From NCBI GenBank assembly GCA_963789955.1, contig CAWBMV010000017.1:1-64000 (forward strand): 64,000 bases of DNA, read 5' to 3'. This stretch comes from an uncultured Candidatus Rokubacteria bacterium (GTDB taxonomy: Bacteria; Methylomirabilota; Methylomirabilia; Rokubacteriales; CSP1-6). A program made the translations under genes and the position numbers. The notes beneath the pieces are model-generated. The model saw only the letters and a list, made by a program, of their open reading frames with translations. It was not told the DNA's origin and made no database searches. Below are positions 1 through 9,464 of the stretch, in pieces; position 1 is the first letter of the stretch; each line of letters starts with the position of its first letter.

Positions 1-45
1 GAAGCTCTAACGAAATGAAGGGTCCTCTGTCTCGGCGCTGAACGA

Positions 46-900
46 GTGCGGGTGGATGGTCACGCGATACTGGGAGGCGCGATGGTGGGTGGGAGGACGA
101 AGCCGTGGCTCGTCGACGATCAGTTGTGGGCGTTGGTCGAGCCGTTGTTGCCGGCGCGCGCGCCGTTTTCGCTATCCGGGCCGACGTCGGTTCGACGACC
201 GGTTGGTGCTGCAGGGCCTCCTGTTCGTGCTGCACACGGGGATCGGCTGGGAGCATCTGCCGCAGGAGCTGGGCTATCGGCAGCGGGATGACGGCCTGGC
301 GGCGGCTGCACGAGTGGCACGAGGCCGGCGTCTGGGGGCGGCTGCACCAGGTGTTGTTGGAGCGGCTGCACGCGGCGCGGTGAGATCGACTGGTCGCGGG
401 CGCTGATCGACGCCAGTTACGTGCAGGCGAAAAAGGGGGCTCCGGGCTCGGGCCGAGCCCGGTCGACCGCGGCCGGCCGGGCGTCAAGCACCACGTCCTG
501 ACCGACGGCCGCGGCCTGCTCCTGGCCTGGTCGGCGACCGGCGCCAACCGCAACGACGTCACCCAGTTGCTGCCGCTGCTGGACGCGTCCCGCGCGTGCG
601 CGGCCGCGTCGGCCGACCCGCCAGCGGCCGGCACGGCTGGTCGCCGACCGCGGCTACGACCACGACAAGTACCGCCGCCTCGTGCGCGCACGCGGGATCG
701 CGACACCGATCGCCCGCCGCCAGACCGAGCACGGTCAGCGGCATCGGCCGCCAGCGCTGGGTCGTCGAGCGCACGCATCAGCCACCTGCACAACAAGCGG
801 CGCCTACTCGTCTGCACCGACCGCTCCCACGCCACCCACGACGCCTTCCTCAGCCTGGCCAGCCTGCCTGCTCTGCTACAGCCGCCTCCGCAGCTCATTG
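46..900 (+). mobile_element. IS5-family (IS427-group-like) insertion sequence, about 850 bp, orfA/orfB transposase disrupted by multiple frameshifts (degenerate copy)
   Basis: Three overlapping reading frames encode pieces of one transposase: 'WLVDDQLWALVEPLLP' (46..), 'GRRRFDDRLVLQGLLFVLHTGIGWEHLPQELGY' (56..), 'GSGMTAWRRLHEWHEAGVWGRLHQVLLERL' (105..). The orfB-like part ('IDWSRALIDASYVQAKKG', 'ADRGYDHDKYRRLVRARGIATPIARR', 'RWVVERT', 'HLHNKRRLLVCTDRSHATHDAFLSLASL') is spread over at least 3 further frames. Confidence 0.6.
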
Positions 901-1128
901 TGTTAGAGCTTCTAAGCGCGAGCGACTCACGACCAGTTGACCGTCGTAGACTCGCCTGCGTGGTGGCTTGTCCCGCGTGCGGCAACGACCGAGCAATCCA
1001 GACAGCAGCTGCCGGACGACGCCGTGCTGTTCGATCTGCTCATCGACTGGGTGCCGGATGAGAAGGTCCGCCACCGTGTCCTGGTGGAGAACCCGGCCAC
1101 CCTGTACGACTTCCCGAAGGGCGCGTAG

Positions 1129-1969
1129 CTACCGGCGCGGGGTCGGGTTCCGGAGCTCGATGATGTCCTTGGCGCGGATCGTGGCTGCCTCGCGGACCTC
1201 GGGCTGCGCCGGGACGATATAGAAGCGCTTCTCGCGGATGCCGTGAAGCACTTGATCGGCGACTTCCGACGGCGGGTAGCCGCGGGTCAGCCGGTCGGCA
1301 AGGCCCTGGCCGAACGCCTGCGCCATGGGCCCGGCTTTGCCCTCCTCGGCCAGCTCCGCGGGCCGATTGCGTGACGAGTGCATGATGCTCGTGTTGATGA
1401 GACCGGGGCACACCACCGAGACACCGATCGGCGCTCCGGTCGCCTCGAATTCCTTGAACATCGACTCCGACAGCGCCACCACACCGTGCTTCGTGACGTC
1501 GTAGACCGACATGAACGGCGCGGTGCTGAGGCCGGCTATCGACGCGGTGTTCACGATGTGCCCCTCGTCGCCACCGGCTAGCATGCGCGGCACGAACGCG
1601 CGCACGCCGTGGATCACGCCCCAGAGATTCACACCCATCACCCACTGCCAGTCGGCCAGCGAGTGCTCGTGGACGGCGCCGATCACCGCGACGCCGGCGT
1701 TGTTGCAGACCACGTGGACGGCGCCGAACGCCGCGTAGGTCTCGCGGGCGAGCCGCTCGACGTCCTCGGCGCGGGAGACATCGACTCGCAGGGCCAGCAC
1801 GGCGGGCGCCTTGGCCCGCACCGCGGCCGCGGCGGTGTCGAGGGCAGTCGCCTCGACGTCGGCCATGACGACCTTCATGCCCTCGGCGGCAAACCGCTCG
1901 GCGAGCGCGCAGCCCGATCCCGCTCGCGGCGCCCGTGACGACTGCGACCCGATCTCGAAATCGCTCCAC
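1129..1969 (-). CDS. SDR-family short-chain dehydrogenase/reductase, frameshifted near 1880-1900
   Basis: N-terminal Rossmann motif 'RVAVVTGAASGIG' in ORF 1040..1969. The rest ('NNAGVAVIG', 'SIAGLSTAPFMSVYDVTKHGVVAL') is in ORF 1129..1878, in a different frame. Confidence 0.6.
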
Positions 1970-2253
1970 GGCCCAATATCTTACCAGCGCTGCGCCAACA
2001 GATAGTTCTCGCCGCTGGCGGCGCTCGGGCAGGCGACTGCGACCTTGGTCCCATACGATTCGGTACCTGGTTCGGCCACGCTATGCCGCTCGGCCAACAT
2101 CGCGACCCGCAGACCTGGCTGACGGTATATCGTGGCGCAGGGCGCAAGCCCGGAAGCTTCGCGAGCGACGAAGACACTGGAGACGCTCAGCGGGCGCGGC
2201 GACAGGTGCCGCTGCGGGCATGCCGCCGAGCTCTGATCAAGGAGGATGACGAG

Positions 2254-3276
2254 ATGCAGAGACTGCTCAGCGCAATAGTTGGCATCGGGCTGCTCGCGTG
2301 GTTCGCGCCCGTTGCCCAGGCGCAGACGCCCGGCGAGGTCTTCCGCAAGGTCGCCCCGTCCGTCGTGATAATCCGCGCCAAAGGCCGTGACATCAGCACG
2401 AGTGGTCAATCGCGCTTTGCCGAGACGGGCTCGGGCGTGCTGATCTCACCCGACGGCAAGGTGATGACGGCGGCCCACGTCGTGCACTCGATGGACGAGA
2501 TCAGCGTCGAGTTCCTCGGCGGCGAGACCGTCAAGGCTCGCGTGGTGGCCTCGGAGCCGGCCGCCGATCTCTCGCTGCTCCAGCTCGAGCGCGTGCCCGC
2601 GGGCGCCAAGTCGTCGCCCCTCGCCAACTCGGATCCGATCCAGGTGGGTGATCCGGTCATCATCGTTGGCGCGCCCTATGGGCTCAGTTATTCGTTGAGC
2701 AATGGCTTGATCAGCGCGCGATGGAAGCCGAACACGGTGTACAAGACGATGCCGCTCGCCGAGTTTTTCCAGACCACGGCGACGATCAACACCGGTAACT
2801 CCGGCGGGCCGATGTTCAACATGAACGGCGAGGTGATCGGCATCGTCAGCCACAACATCTCCAAGAGCGGCGGTAGCGAGGGGCTGGGCTTCGTCGTGAC
2901 CATCAACACCGCGAAGAAGCTCCTGCTCGAGCGTAAGTCGTTCTGGGCCGGCCTCGAAGGCCAGATCCTGTCGGACGCCGAGGCTGACCTGCTGAACCTC
3001 CCGCCCGGGTCGACGGGTTTCATCGTGAAGACCGTGGCCAAGGATTCGCCGGCCGCCCAGCTCGGGCTTCGAGGCGCTACGATGGTCGTCAATCTTGGCA
3101 GCGGCGAAGTTCCTCTCGGCGGCGACATCATCCTGACCGTCGAGGGCATCAAGGCGGAAGCGGCCAACCTGGCGAAGGTTCGGGATCAGTTGTCCGCCAA
3201 GGCCTCGGGGAGCCCGTTCAAGGTCACCATATTTCGCGCCGGCAAGGTGCTCGAGCTGACCGGGCGGGTGCCATGA
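2254..3276 (+). CDS. HtrA/DegP-family trypsin-like serine protease with C-terminal PDZ domain, secreted
   Basis: ATG at 2254 preceded by aaggagga. Signal peptide 'MQRLLSAIVGIGLLAWFAPVAQA'. Motifs 'TAAHVV' and 'GNSGGPMFN' (catalytic His and Ser). PDZ-like C-terminus. Confidence 0.8.
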   Translation: MQRLLSAIVGIGLLAWFAPVAQAQTPGEVFRKVAPSVVIIRAKGRDISTSGQSRFAETGSGVLISPDGKVMTAAHVVHSMDEISVEFLGGETVKARVVASEPAADLSLLQLERVPAGAKSSPLANSDPIQVGDPVIIVGAPYGLSYSLSNGLISARWKPNTVYKTMPLAEFFQTTATINTGNSGGPMFNMNGEVIGIVSHNISKSGGSEGLGFVVTINTAKKLLLERKSFWAGLEGQILSDAEADLLNLPPGSTGFIVKTVAKDSPAAQLGLRGATMVVNLGSGEVPLGGDIILTVEGIKAEAANLAKVRDQLSAKASGSPFKVTIFRAGKVLELTGRVP

Positions 3277-4622
3277 GCGGAACTCACCGCAGACTCGGCG
3301 CGCGTGCGCTCGCCGTCGCCGCGACGATCTTCCTGGCGTGCGGCTGCGCCGGCCGATCGGGCAGCGCCGCCACCGCGGGCGGCGAGCTGCCGCCGCCGGT
3401 TCGCCAGGTGCTGCCCAACGGCCTCAGGCTGATCGTGCAGGACCATCGCGCCGCCGATATCGTCGCGGTCTATCTATACGTGGGCGTCGGGGTCCGCTAC
3501 GAGCGGCCGGATCAGCTCGGCTACTCCCACTTCCAGGAGCACATGCTCTTCAAGGGCACGGACAAGTGGGGACCGGGGTACATCGATCGAGCGGTGGAGG
3601 GCGTCGGCGGGCGCACGAACGCGACGACCTCGTTCGACTTCACGGATTTCTACATCTTAGTGCCCAAGGAGTCCATGGAAACGGGGATGCAGACGCTTGC
3701 CGACATGGCGTTCCGCTCGACGTTCGATCCCGCCGAAGTCGCGCGCGAGCGCGAAGTGATCTTCGAAGAGGCGAACATCGAGACCGACAACCCGAAGACC
3801 GCCATCATCCGCCAGCTCTACGGGATGGTCTTCGCCGATAACCCGTACGGCTACCCGGTACTGGGCACGCCCGCCACGATGAACGCCGCCACGAGCGCGA
3901 TCCTCAAGGCGTACAACAAGAAGTACTACACGCCGGAGAACATGACGCTCGTGGTCGCGGGGCCGGTCGACGTCAAGACCGTGCGCGGCATGGTCGACCG
4001 CATCTGGGGCGTGATCCCGTCCACCGGGTACACGTCCGTGCCGGCGCCGAAGCCCGGCCCGCTCACCGGCGTTGTGCGAAAGTCTGTCGAGCGGCCGGAG
4101 CAGCAGGCCCGGCTCGCGCTCGGCTGGCAGGCGCCGCCGACGAACGATTTCACTGGCGACACGGTCGACCTGCTCACGACAATCCTCGCGGGCGCCGAGA
4201 GCTCGCGGCTGGCGGTTCGGTTGCGTGACAAGGAGCGCCTGGTGTCGTCGATCACGATGAGCTACTCGGCGCAGATGGGCGGAGGCATCGTGAGCGTCAG
4301 GGCCGAGCTGGAGGCCAAGGATCTCGAACGGGTGGAGCAGATCATCCTCGAGGAGATCGCACGCATGCAGGCGGAGGGACCAACCGAGGAGGAGCGACAG
4401 CTCGCCGTGGTCCGGGCCGAATCCCAGCACGCCTTCGACACCGAGACGTCCGACGGGCTCGCCAACGCCTACGCGATCGCTGAGACGACCTGGACGCTCG
4501 ACGCGGAGCTGGGCTACGTGGACCGGCTGGGCAAGATCACGCGCGAGCAGATCCGCGACGCGGCCCGCCGTTATCTCTCGCGCACCGACTACGCGCGGAT
4601 CTCGTTCCAGCCCAAGCCATGA
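3273..4622 (+). CDS. M16-family zinc peptidase (pitrilysin/insulinase-like), catalytic subunit
   Basis: Inverzincin motif 'HFQEHMLFKGT' (HxxEH). Signal-peptide-like N-terminus. Stop overlaps the next start (atga). Confidence 0.8.
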   Translation: MSGTHRRLGARALAVAATIFLACGCAGRSGSAATAGGELPPPVRQVLPNGLRLIVQDHRAADIVAVYLYVGVGVRYERPDQLGYSHFQEHMLFKGTDKWGPGYIDRAVEGVGGRTNATTSFDFTDFYILVPKESMETGMQTLADMAFRSTFDPAEVAREREVIFEEANIETDNPKTAIIRQLYGMVFADNPYGYPVLGTPATMNAATSAILKAYNKKYYTPENMTLVVAGPVDVKTVRGMVDRIWGVIPSTGYTSVPAPKPGPLTGVVRKSVERPEQQARLALGWQAPPTNDFTGDTVDLLTTILAGAESSRLAVRLRDKERLVSSITMSYSAQMGGGIVSVRAELEAKDLERVEQIILEEIARMQAEGPTEEERQLAVVRAESQHAFDTETSDGLANAYAIAETTWTLDAELGYVDRLGKITREQIRDAARRYLSRTDYARISFQPKP

Positions 4623-5935
4623 CCCGCCGACGGCTCGCCGCGTTCTTGCTCGGCCTGTTGGTCGTCGCCCTCGTCACGCCGGGGCTCGCCGCCGCTGAGG
4701 GTGAACCGGGCGCCGTCACGCGCACGAAGCTGACCAACGGTATGACCGTGCTCGTGCGCGAGAATCCGACCGCTCCCGTCGTCGCGATCTCGTTGATGCT
4801 CCGGATGGGCACGCGCTGGGAGACGCGCGCGAACGCGGGCATCTCCAACTTCCTGCAGCTCATGGTCGTGCGTGGCTCGACGTCGCTCGACGGCACCCAG
4901 ATCGTCAGCGCCGCTGATCGCATGGGCGGGAGCATCGATGCCTACGCCGACGCGGACTACGCCGAGATCCCGGCGACCGCGCTCTCACGCTACTGGGGCG
5001 AGATGCTCGATCTCGTCGCCGAGGTGGCCCTGCGGCCGTCGCTCCCGGACAACACGACGCAGGCGGTCCGCGACTTTCTCGTGCGGCAGATCCGCAACCG
5101 CGCCGACAAGCCGTATGACGCGGCGTTCGACAGCCTGATGGGCCGGACCTACGGCGACAACCCGTATGCCTGGGATCCGATCGGGCTCAAGGAGAGTCTC
5201 GAGCGAATGGATCGCGCGGCGCTGCTCGCGCACTATCGGCGCCACTACGTGCCGGGGGCGATGGTGCTGGCGGTCAGCGGCAAGGTGAAGAACGGGGAAG
5301 TGGTGGCACGAGCCGAGCGTCTGTTCGGTGCGCTGCCGGCCGCGCCGGCGCCCGCGCCGAACGCGACGGCGCCACCGGCACCGGCAACGGGGCGGGCGGT
5401 GCTCACGGTGCCGGGCGCGCAGGCTCAGATCCTCATGGGCGGTCTCGCGCCGTCGCTGACGGATCCCGATCTCGCGGCGATGAAGGTCGCGAGCGCCGTG
5501 CTGGGCGGCGGGCTGGCGAGCCGATTCTTCTCGGAGCTTCGTGACAAGCAAGGGCTGGCGTACACGACCGCGGCGCGCGAGCCGATGCGCGTGGGCGCCG
5601 GGTATTTCCTCGCCCTGCTCGGCACAGCGCCGGCCAACAAGGACAAGGCCGAGGCGGCGCTACGCGAGCAGCTCGAGCGAATCCAAGGTCAGGCCGTTCC
5701 CGATGATGAGCTCCGAGTGGCGAAGGCGTATCTGCTCGGCAGTCTTGCGATGGACCGCCGGACCAACGCGCGTCAGGCCTGGTACATGGCCTCGCTCGAA
5801 GTCGCGGGTGTCGGCCACGAGTTCCTCGATCGTTACGTGGTCCAGGTTCGCGCGGTGACAGCGGCCGATGTTCAGCGGGCTGCGCAACGGTATCTGGCGA
5901 CAGTTCGCACCGTTGTGGCGGAACCGGCGCCCTAG
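4619..5935 (+). CDS. M16-family peptidase paralogue lacking HxxEH (non-catalytic partner subunit)
   Basis: M16 fold. 'NFLQLMVVRGS' replaces HxxEH. Translationally coupled to the upstream M16 gene. Signal peptide present. Confidence 0.75.
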   Translation: MTRRRLAAFLLGLLVVALVTPGLAAAEGEPGAVTRTKLTNGMTVLVRENPTAPVVAISLMLRMGTRWETRANAGISNFLQLMVVRGSTSLDGTQIVSAADRMGGSIDAYADADYAEIPATALSRYWGEMLDLVAEVALRPSLPDNTTQAVRDFLVRQIRNRADKPYDAAFDSLMGRTYGDNPYAWDPIGLKESLERMDRAALLAHYRRHYVPGAMVLAVSGKVKNGEVVARAERLFGALPAAPAPAPNATAPPAPATGRAVLTVPGAQAQILMGGLAPSLTDPDLAAMKVASAVLGGGLASRFFSELRDKQGLAYTTAAREPMRVGAGYFLALLGTAPANKDKAEAALREQLERIQGQAVPDDELRVAKAYLLGSLAMDRRTNARQAWYMASLEVAGVGHEFLDRYVVQVRAVTAADVQRAAQRYLATVRTVVAEPAP

Positions 5936-5947
5936 ACTACGAGAGGA

Positions 5948-6343
5948 CTACTCGGACCTCGGCGGGACCTTGACCCAGGCGTCGCTGCAGCTCGGAACGC
6001 TTGGGTAATAGGCCTTCGTGTTTGGGCAGTAGTACCAGAACGACTCCGGCGGCTGTTGCTCTTGCTCATTGCGCTCGACGTAGACCGGTGCCGGCTGCAC
6101 GACGACTTGCGGCTGCTGATAGTAGTAAGGCGGCGGATAGTAGCCTCCCCATCCATAGCCCCACCACGGACCGCCCCAGCCCCACCCGGGTCCGACGACG
6201 ACCACGCCACGGCCATGGCCATGGAAGCCGCCGTGATGAACGCCGCCGCCTCCGCCGCCACCGCGGCCCCACGCGAAGCTAGAGCCCACGGAAACGAGCA
6301 GGACCAGAATCGTGAGAAGCGCGATCGCTACTGACTTTTTCAC
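5948..6343 (-). CDS. small secreted Gly/Trp/Tyr-rich protein (hypothetical)
   Basis: GTG start at 6343 with GGAG 8 nt upstream. Signal peptide 'KKSVAIALLTILVLLVSVGSSFA'. Low-complexity 'GGGGGGGVHHGGFHGHGRGVVVVGPGWGWGGPWWGYGWGGYYPPPYYY'. C-terminal two-Cys segment 'YYCPNTKAYYPSVPSCSDAW'. Confidence 0.5.
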   Translation of the reverse strand: MKKSVAIALLTILVLLVSVGSSFAWGRGGGGGGGVHHGGFHGHGRGVVVVGPGWGWGGPWWGYGWGGYYPPPYYYQQPQVVVQPAPVYVERNEQEQQPPESFWYYCPNTKAYYPSVPSCSDAWVKVPPRSE

Positions 6344-6399
6344 GTCTAACTCACCACTCCCAGCGTAGACCCGCGACCCACGAGGTGTCAACCTCACGA

Positions 6400-7700
6400 T
6401 GTGCCTCATTAGAACTGTTACCGGCGAAGAGGTCGATGCCTCACAAAGGGTGTTACCGAGCAGGACACCCGAAGGGAGGCCCGGTGACCAAGCCAGCGCG
6501 TGCGGAGTACACGGAAGCCGTTCGGCGGCGATACGTGGCCGCGGAGCGCGAAATGAAGAGCCGGATCCTGGATGAGTATTGCCGCACGCTGCGCTGTCAT
6601 CGCAAGGCGGCGATCCGCGCCTTGGCTCGGACGCCGCGGCCACGGCGGCGCGCCGGTCGCCGGGTGCAGTACGATCGCAGCCTCGTGCCCACGCTCGAGC
6701 GCCTCTGGCACATCAGCGATCGGCTGTGTGGCAAGCTGCTCGCGGCGGCGCTGCCGACCCTCGTCCCCGCGCTCGAACGCCACGGACTGCGGATCGCCCC
6801 CGACCACCGCCGCCAGCTGCTCGCGCTCAGTCCGGCCACCCTCGATCGCTTCCTCCGGCCGTGCCGCACGCGTCTGGGCCGGCAGCCGTATCGCGTCTCC
6901 CTGGCGGCGAGCGCGTTGAAGCAGCAGATCCCGGTGCGGACGTGGAGCGAATGGGCCGGCAGCCAGCCCGGCGCGGTCCAGGCCGATCTGGTCCTGCATT
7001 GTGGGGAGTCGACCGAGGGCTTTCACCTCGCGAGCCTGGTGGCGGTCGACGTCGCCAGCGGCTGGATCGAGCTCGAGCCGATCTGGGGCGTGGGCGCCGT
7101 CCGCGTGGGCGCCGGCGTGCAGCATGTGCACCAGCGCCTGCCCGTCCCCCTGCGCGAATGGCACACCGACAACGGCAGCGAATTCCTCAACCGGGGACTA
7201 CTGCGCTATTGCCGTCGGCATAACATCCGTGTCACCCGCGGCCGGCAATATCGCAAGAACGATCAGGCGTGGGTGGAACTGCGCAACTGGCTGGCGGTGC
7301 GTCGGCTCGTGGGTCGGGATCGCTACAGCTCGCACATCGCCTTCGGCCTGCTCCGACGCCTGTACGACTTGCTGCGCGTGCAACTGAACTTCTTCCGGCC
7401 CTTTCGCAAAGTGCTGCACACCCGCCGCGTCGGCAGTAAACGCGTGCGCGCCTATGACCGCGCCCAGACGCCGTATCAGCGCTTGCTCGCCGCCGGCGCC
7501 CTCGCGGCGGACGGCCGTCGTGCCCTCGAGGCTCAGTTTCTGGCCGTGGACCCTGCGACGCTCGCCACCCACATCGGCGATACTCTCGATCGGCTCTGGA
7601 AATGTGGCGACTCGCGCCGCCGGGTCGCCGAATCTTCGGTAACTCCATTGTGAGGCATTGCCGTCGGTCCCCGGTAACACCTACGGCTGAGGCATCACGC
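6400..7700 (+). mobile_element. insertion sequence carrying a DDE (rve-type) transposase with imperfect terminal inverted repeats containing TGCCTCA..GTTACCG modules
   Basis: Left end 'tgcctcattagaactgttaccgg' and 'tgcctcacaaagggtgttaccg'. Right end (reverse complement) 'tgcctcagccgtaggtgttaccgg'. Single transposase ORF between them. Confidence 0.5.
6436..7653 (+). CDS. DDE transposase/integrase (rve catalytic core)
   Basis: Motifs 'VQADLVLHCGES', 'LVAVDVASGW', 'HTDNGSEF' and 'QAWVE' (D,D,E-like spacing). ATG at 6436 with gaagagg upstream. Confidence 0.7.
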   Translation: MPHKGCYRAGHPKGGPVTKPARAEYTEAVRRRYVAAEREMKSRILDEYCRTLRCHRKAAIRALARTPRPRRRAGRRVQYDRSLVPTLERLWHISDRLCGKLLAAALPTLVPALERHGLRIAPDHRRQLLALSPATLDRFLRPCRTRLGRQPYRVSLAASALKQQIPVRTWSEWAGSQPGAVQADLVLHCGESTEGFHLASLVAVDVASGWIELEPIWGVGAVRVGAGVQHVHQRLPVPLREWHTDNGSEFLNRGLLRYCRRHNIRVTRGRQYRKNDQAWVELRNWLAVRRLVGRDRYSSHIAFGLLRRLYDLLRVQLNFFRPFRKVLHTRRVGSKRVRAYDRAQTPYQRLLAAGALAADGRRALEAQFLAVDPATLATHIGDTLDRLWKCGDSRRRVAESSVTPL

Positions 7701-7774
7701 CTCAGGGCAAACCAGCCGGTTTCCGGTAATTCGTCGCCAGCCCCTGAGCCTCAGGATCAGCCCCCACTTGGAGC

Positions 7775-9088
7775 CTAGAAGGTGAAGGGGATCGGCAGGG
7801 GCGGGCGCCCGAACGGCCGGCCGGCCTTCACCGTCAGGAACGGGACGAGCTTCTTCGTCCCGTTTCGCTTGTTGTTGCGCGTGTCGACGAACTCGACGGG
7901 CCCATCCAGGAGGTCGAAGATCGCGACGTCCGCGGGGGCACCGAGGCGCAGGGTGCCCAAACCGGGCACGCGACCGATGATCTTCGCCGGCTCGACGGTC
8001 GCTTTGGCCACGACGTCCTCGAGAGGCATGCCGAGGTTGAGGAACTTCGACATCACGTTGGGCAGGGTCGGATATCCGGGTGTGTTGATGCTGACGGCGT
8101 GGATGTCGCTGGAGATCGTGTCGGGCACGGCGCCCTGCTGGAGCGCCGGCTCGCACACCGTGTAGTCGAAGCTCCCACCGCCGTGTCCGACGTCGAAGAT
8201 GACTCCGCGCTGCTTGGCCGCCTTGGCCGCGGGCAGGAGCTGGCCGTTCTGCACGGTGTTGTTGCCGGCGCCGCTGTAGGCGTGCGTCAGGATGTCGCCC
8301 GGCCGCAGGAGATCCAGCAGATCGGACAGCGCGCCGGGCGCCGCCCCGATGTGGCACATGACCGGTACGCCCTTGCCGACCATCTCGGCGGCGCGGATCG
8401 CCCGCCGCAGCGGCTCGAGGCCGTTCTGGCCGACCACCGTGTCGGTGATCCGCACTTTCACGCCGAGCGCGATGTCGGGATTCTCGATGACCGCCTTGGC
8501 GCAGCCGTCCACGTTGGCGTAGTCGATGTTGAGCATCTCGCCGGGCGCCAGTCCGCCGGCGAGGCCGATCGACGCGATGTGGACGAAGGCGAAGATGCGC
8601 GTCCGCGCCTGCGGAATCGCGTAGTGGCGGACCGCGCCGAACGTCTGCCATCCCGCATCGCCGGCCGACACGGCGGTGGTCACCGCGGTGATCCCGACCA
8701 TCTCGTCGGCCGGCAGCCCGATGCCGAGATGCGGGACGAGGTGCGTATGCAGATCGACGAGCCCCGGCGTGACGAGCTTGCCGGCGGCGTCGATGCGCTG
8801 CACCGCGCGAGCGGCCGGGATGCTCGTCTCGACCGCGGCGATCTGACCGTGCTTGATCCCGATGTCTCGCTTGCCGCGGAGCTTCTGACTGGGATCGAGC
8901 ACCTCGCCGTTCGCGATCACCAGGTCGTACTTGAGCGCGGGGTCTTTCGGATCGAAGCCGTGCGGCGCGGGCGCGCCGGCCTGGGCGACGAGCACGGGGG
9001 CCGCCTGGGCGGACGTCTGCGCGGTGAGCGTCGCGCCGGCGGCGGCTGCCGACGTCGAGACGATGAAGTTGCGTCGTGAGACTTCCAT
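7775..9088 (-). CDS. metal-dependent amidohydrolase-family protein with Tat signal
   Basis: N-terminus 'MEVSRRNFIVSTSAAAAGATL' (twin-arginine). Motif 'LVDLHTHL'. RBS gaggag before ATG. Confidence 0.75.
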   Translation of the reverse strand: MEVSRRNFIVSTSAAAAGATLTAQTSAQAAPVLVAQAGAPAPHGFDPKDPALKYDLVIANGEVLDPSQKLRGKRDIGIKHGQIAAVETSIPAARAVQRIDAAGKLVTPGLVDLHTHLVPHLGIGLPADEMVGITAVTTAVSAGDAGWQTFGAVRHYAIPQARTRIFAFVHIASIGLAGGLAPGEMLNIDYANVDGCAKAVIENPDIALGVKVRITDTVVGQNGLEPLRRAIRAAEMVGKGVPVMCHIGAAPGALSDLLDLLRPGDILTHAYSGAGNNTVQNGQLLPAAKAAKQRGVIFDVGHGGGSFDYTVCEPALQQGAVPDTISSDIHAVSINTPGYPTLPNVMSKFLNLGMPLEDVVAKATVEPAKIIGRVPGLGTLRLGAPADVAIFDLLDGPVEFVDTRNNKRNGTKKLVPFLTVKAGRPFGRPPLPIPFTF

Positions 9089-9240
9089 CACGTGGTCTCC
9101 TCGCCCGTGCTGCATGGCCAGGTGAGCTGCCTGTCGCGGCGGCGAGCGGGCACACCGCGTTCCGTTGCCGCAGGGATGCTATGCGGTGAGACGGCAGGCG
9201 TCAACCACGGTTGGCGCGATCGCGGCGCTTGAAAGACCAA

Positions 9241-9271
9241 ACCGCGTACCGGTGATCACCACCGGTACGCG
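9241..9271 (-). terminator. putative intrinsic terminator of the histidine-kinase gene (13-bp perfect stem, 5-nt loop, T-rich tail on minus strand)
   Basis: Forward strand 'ccgcgtaccggtg atcac caccggtacgcgg'. Followed on the minus strand by 'tttggtctttc'. Confidence 0.35.
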
Positions 9272-9464
9272 GCCTGGCCTCACTCGAAATCCGCGACGCC
9301 GGTTACGACTGAGGAATACCGAGCGCCGGAGCGCTCACGCTGTCGCGACCGTTCTCCAGGTGACCGGCGAGACGGCCACGCAGAGTGTCAGGACGAGGCC
9401 GAGCGGGAAACGCTGCATGCTCTGGCCGTGAGTGTAAAGCGGGAGGGTTACGTGGCGATGACGG

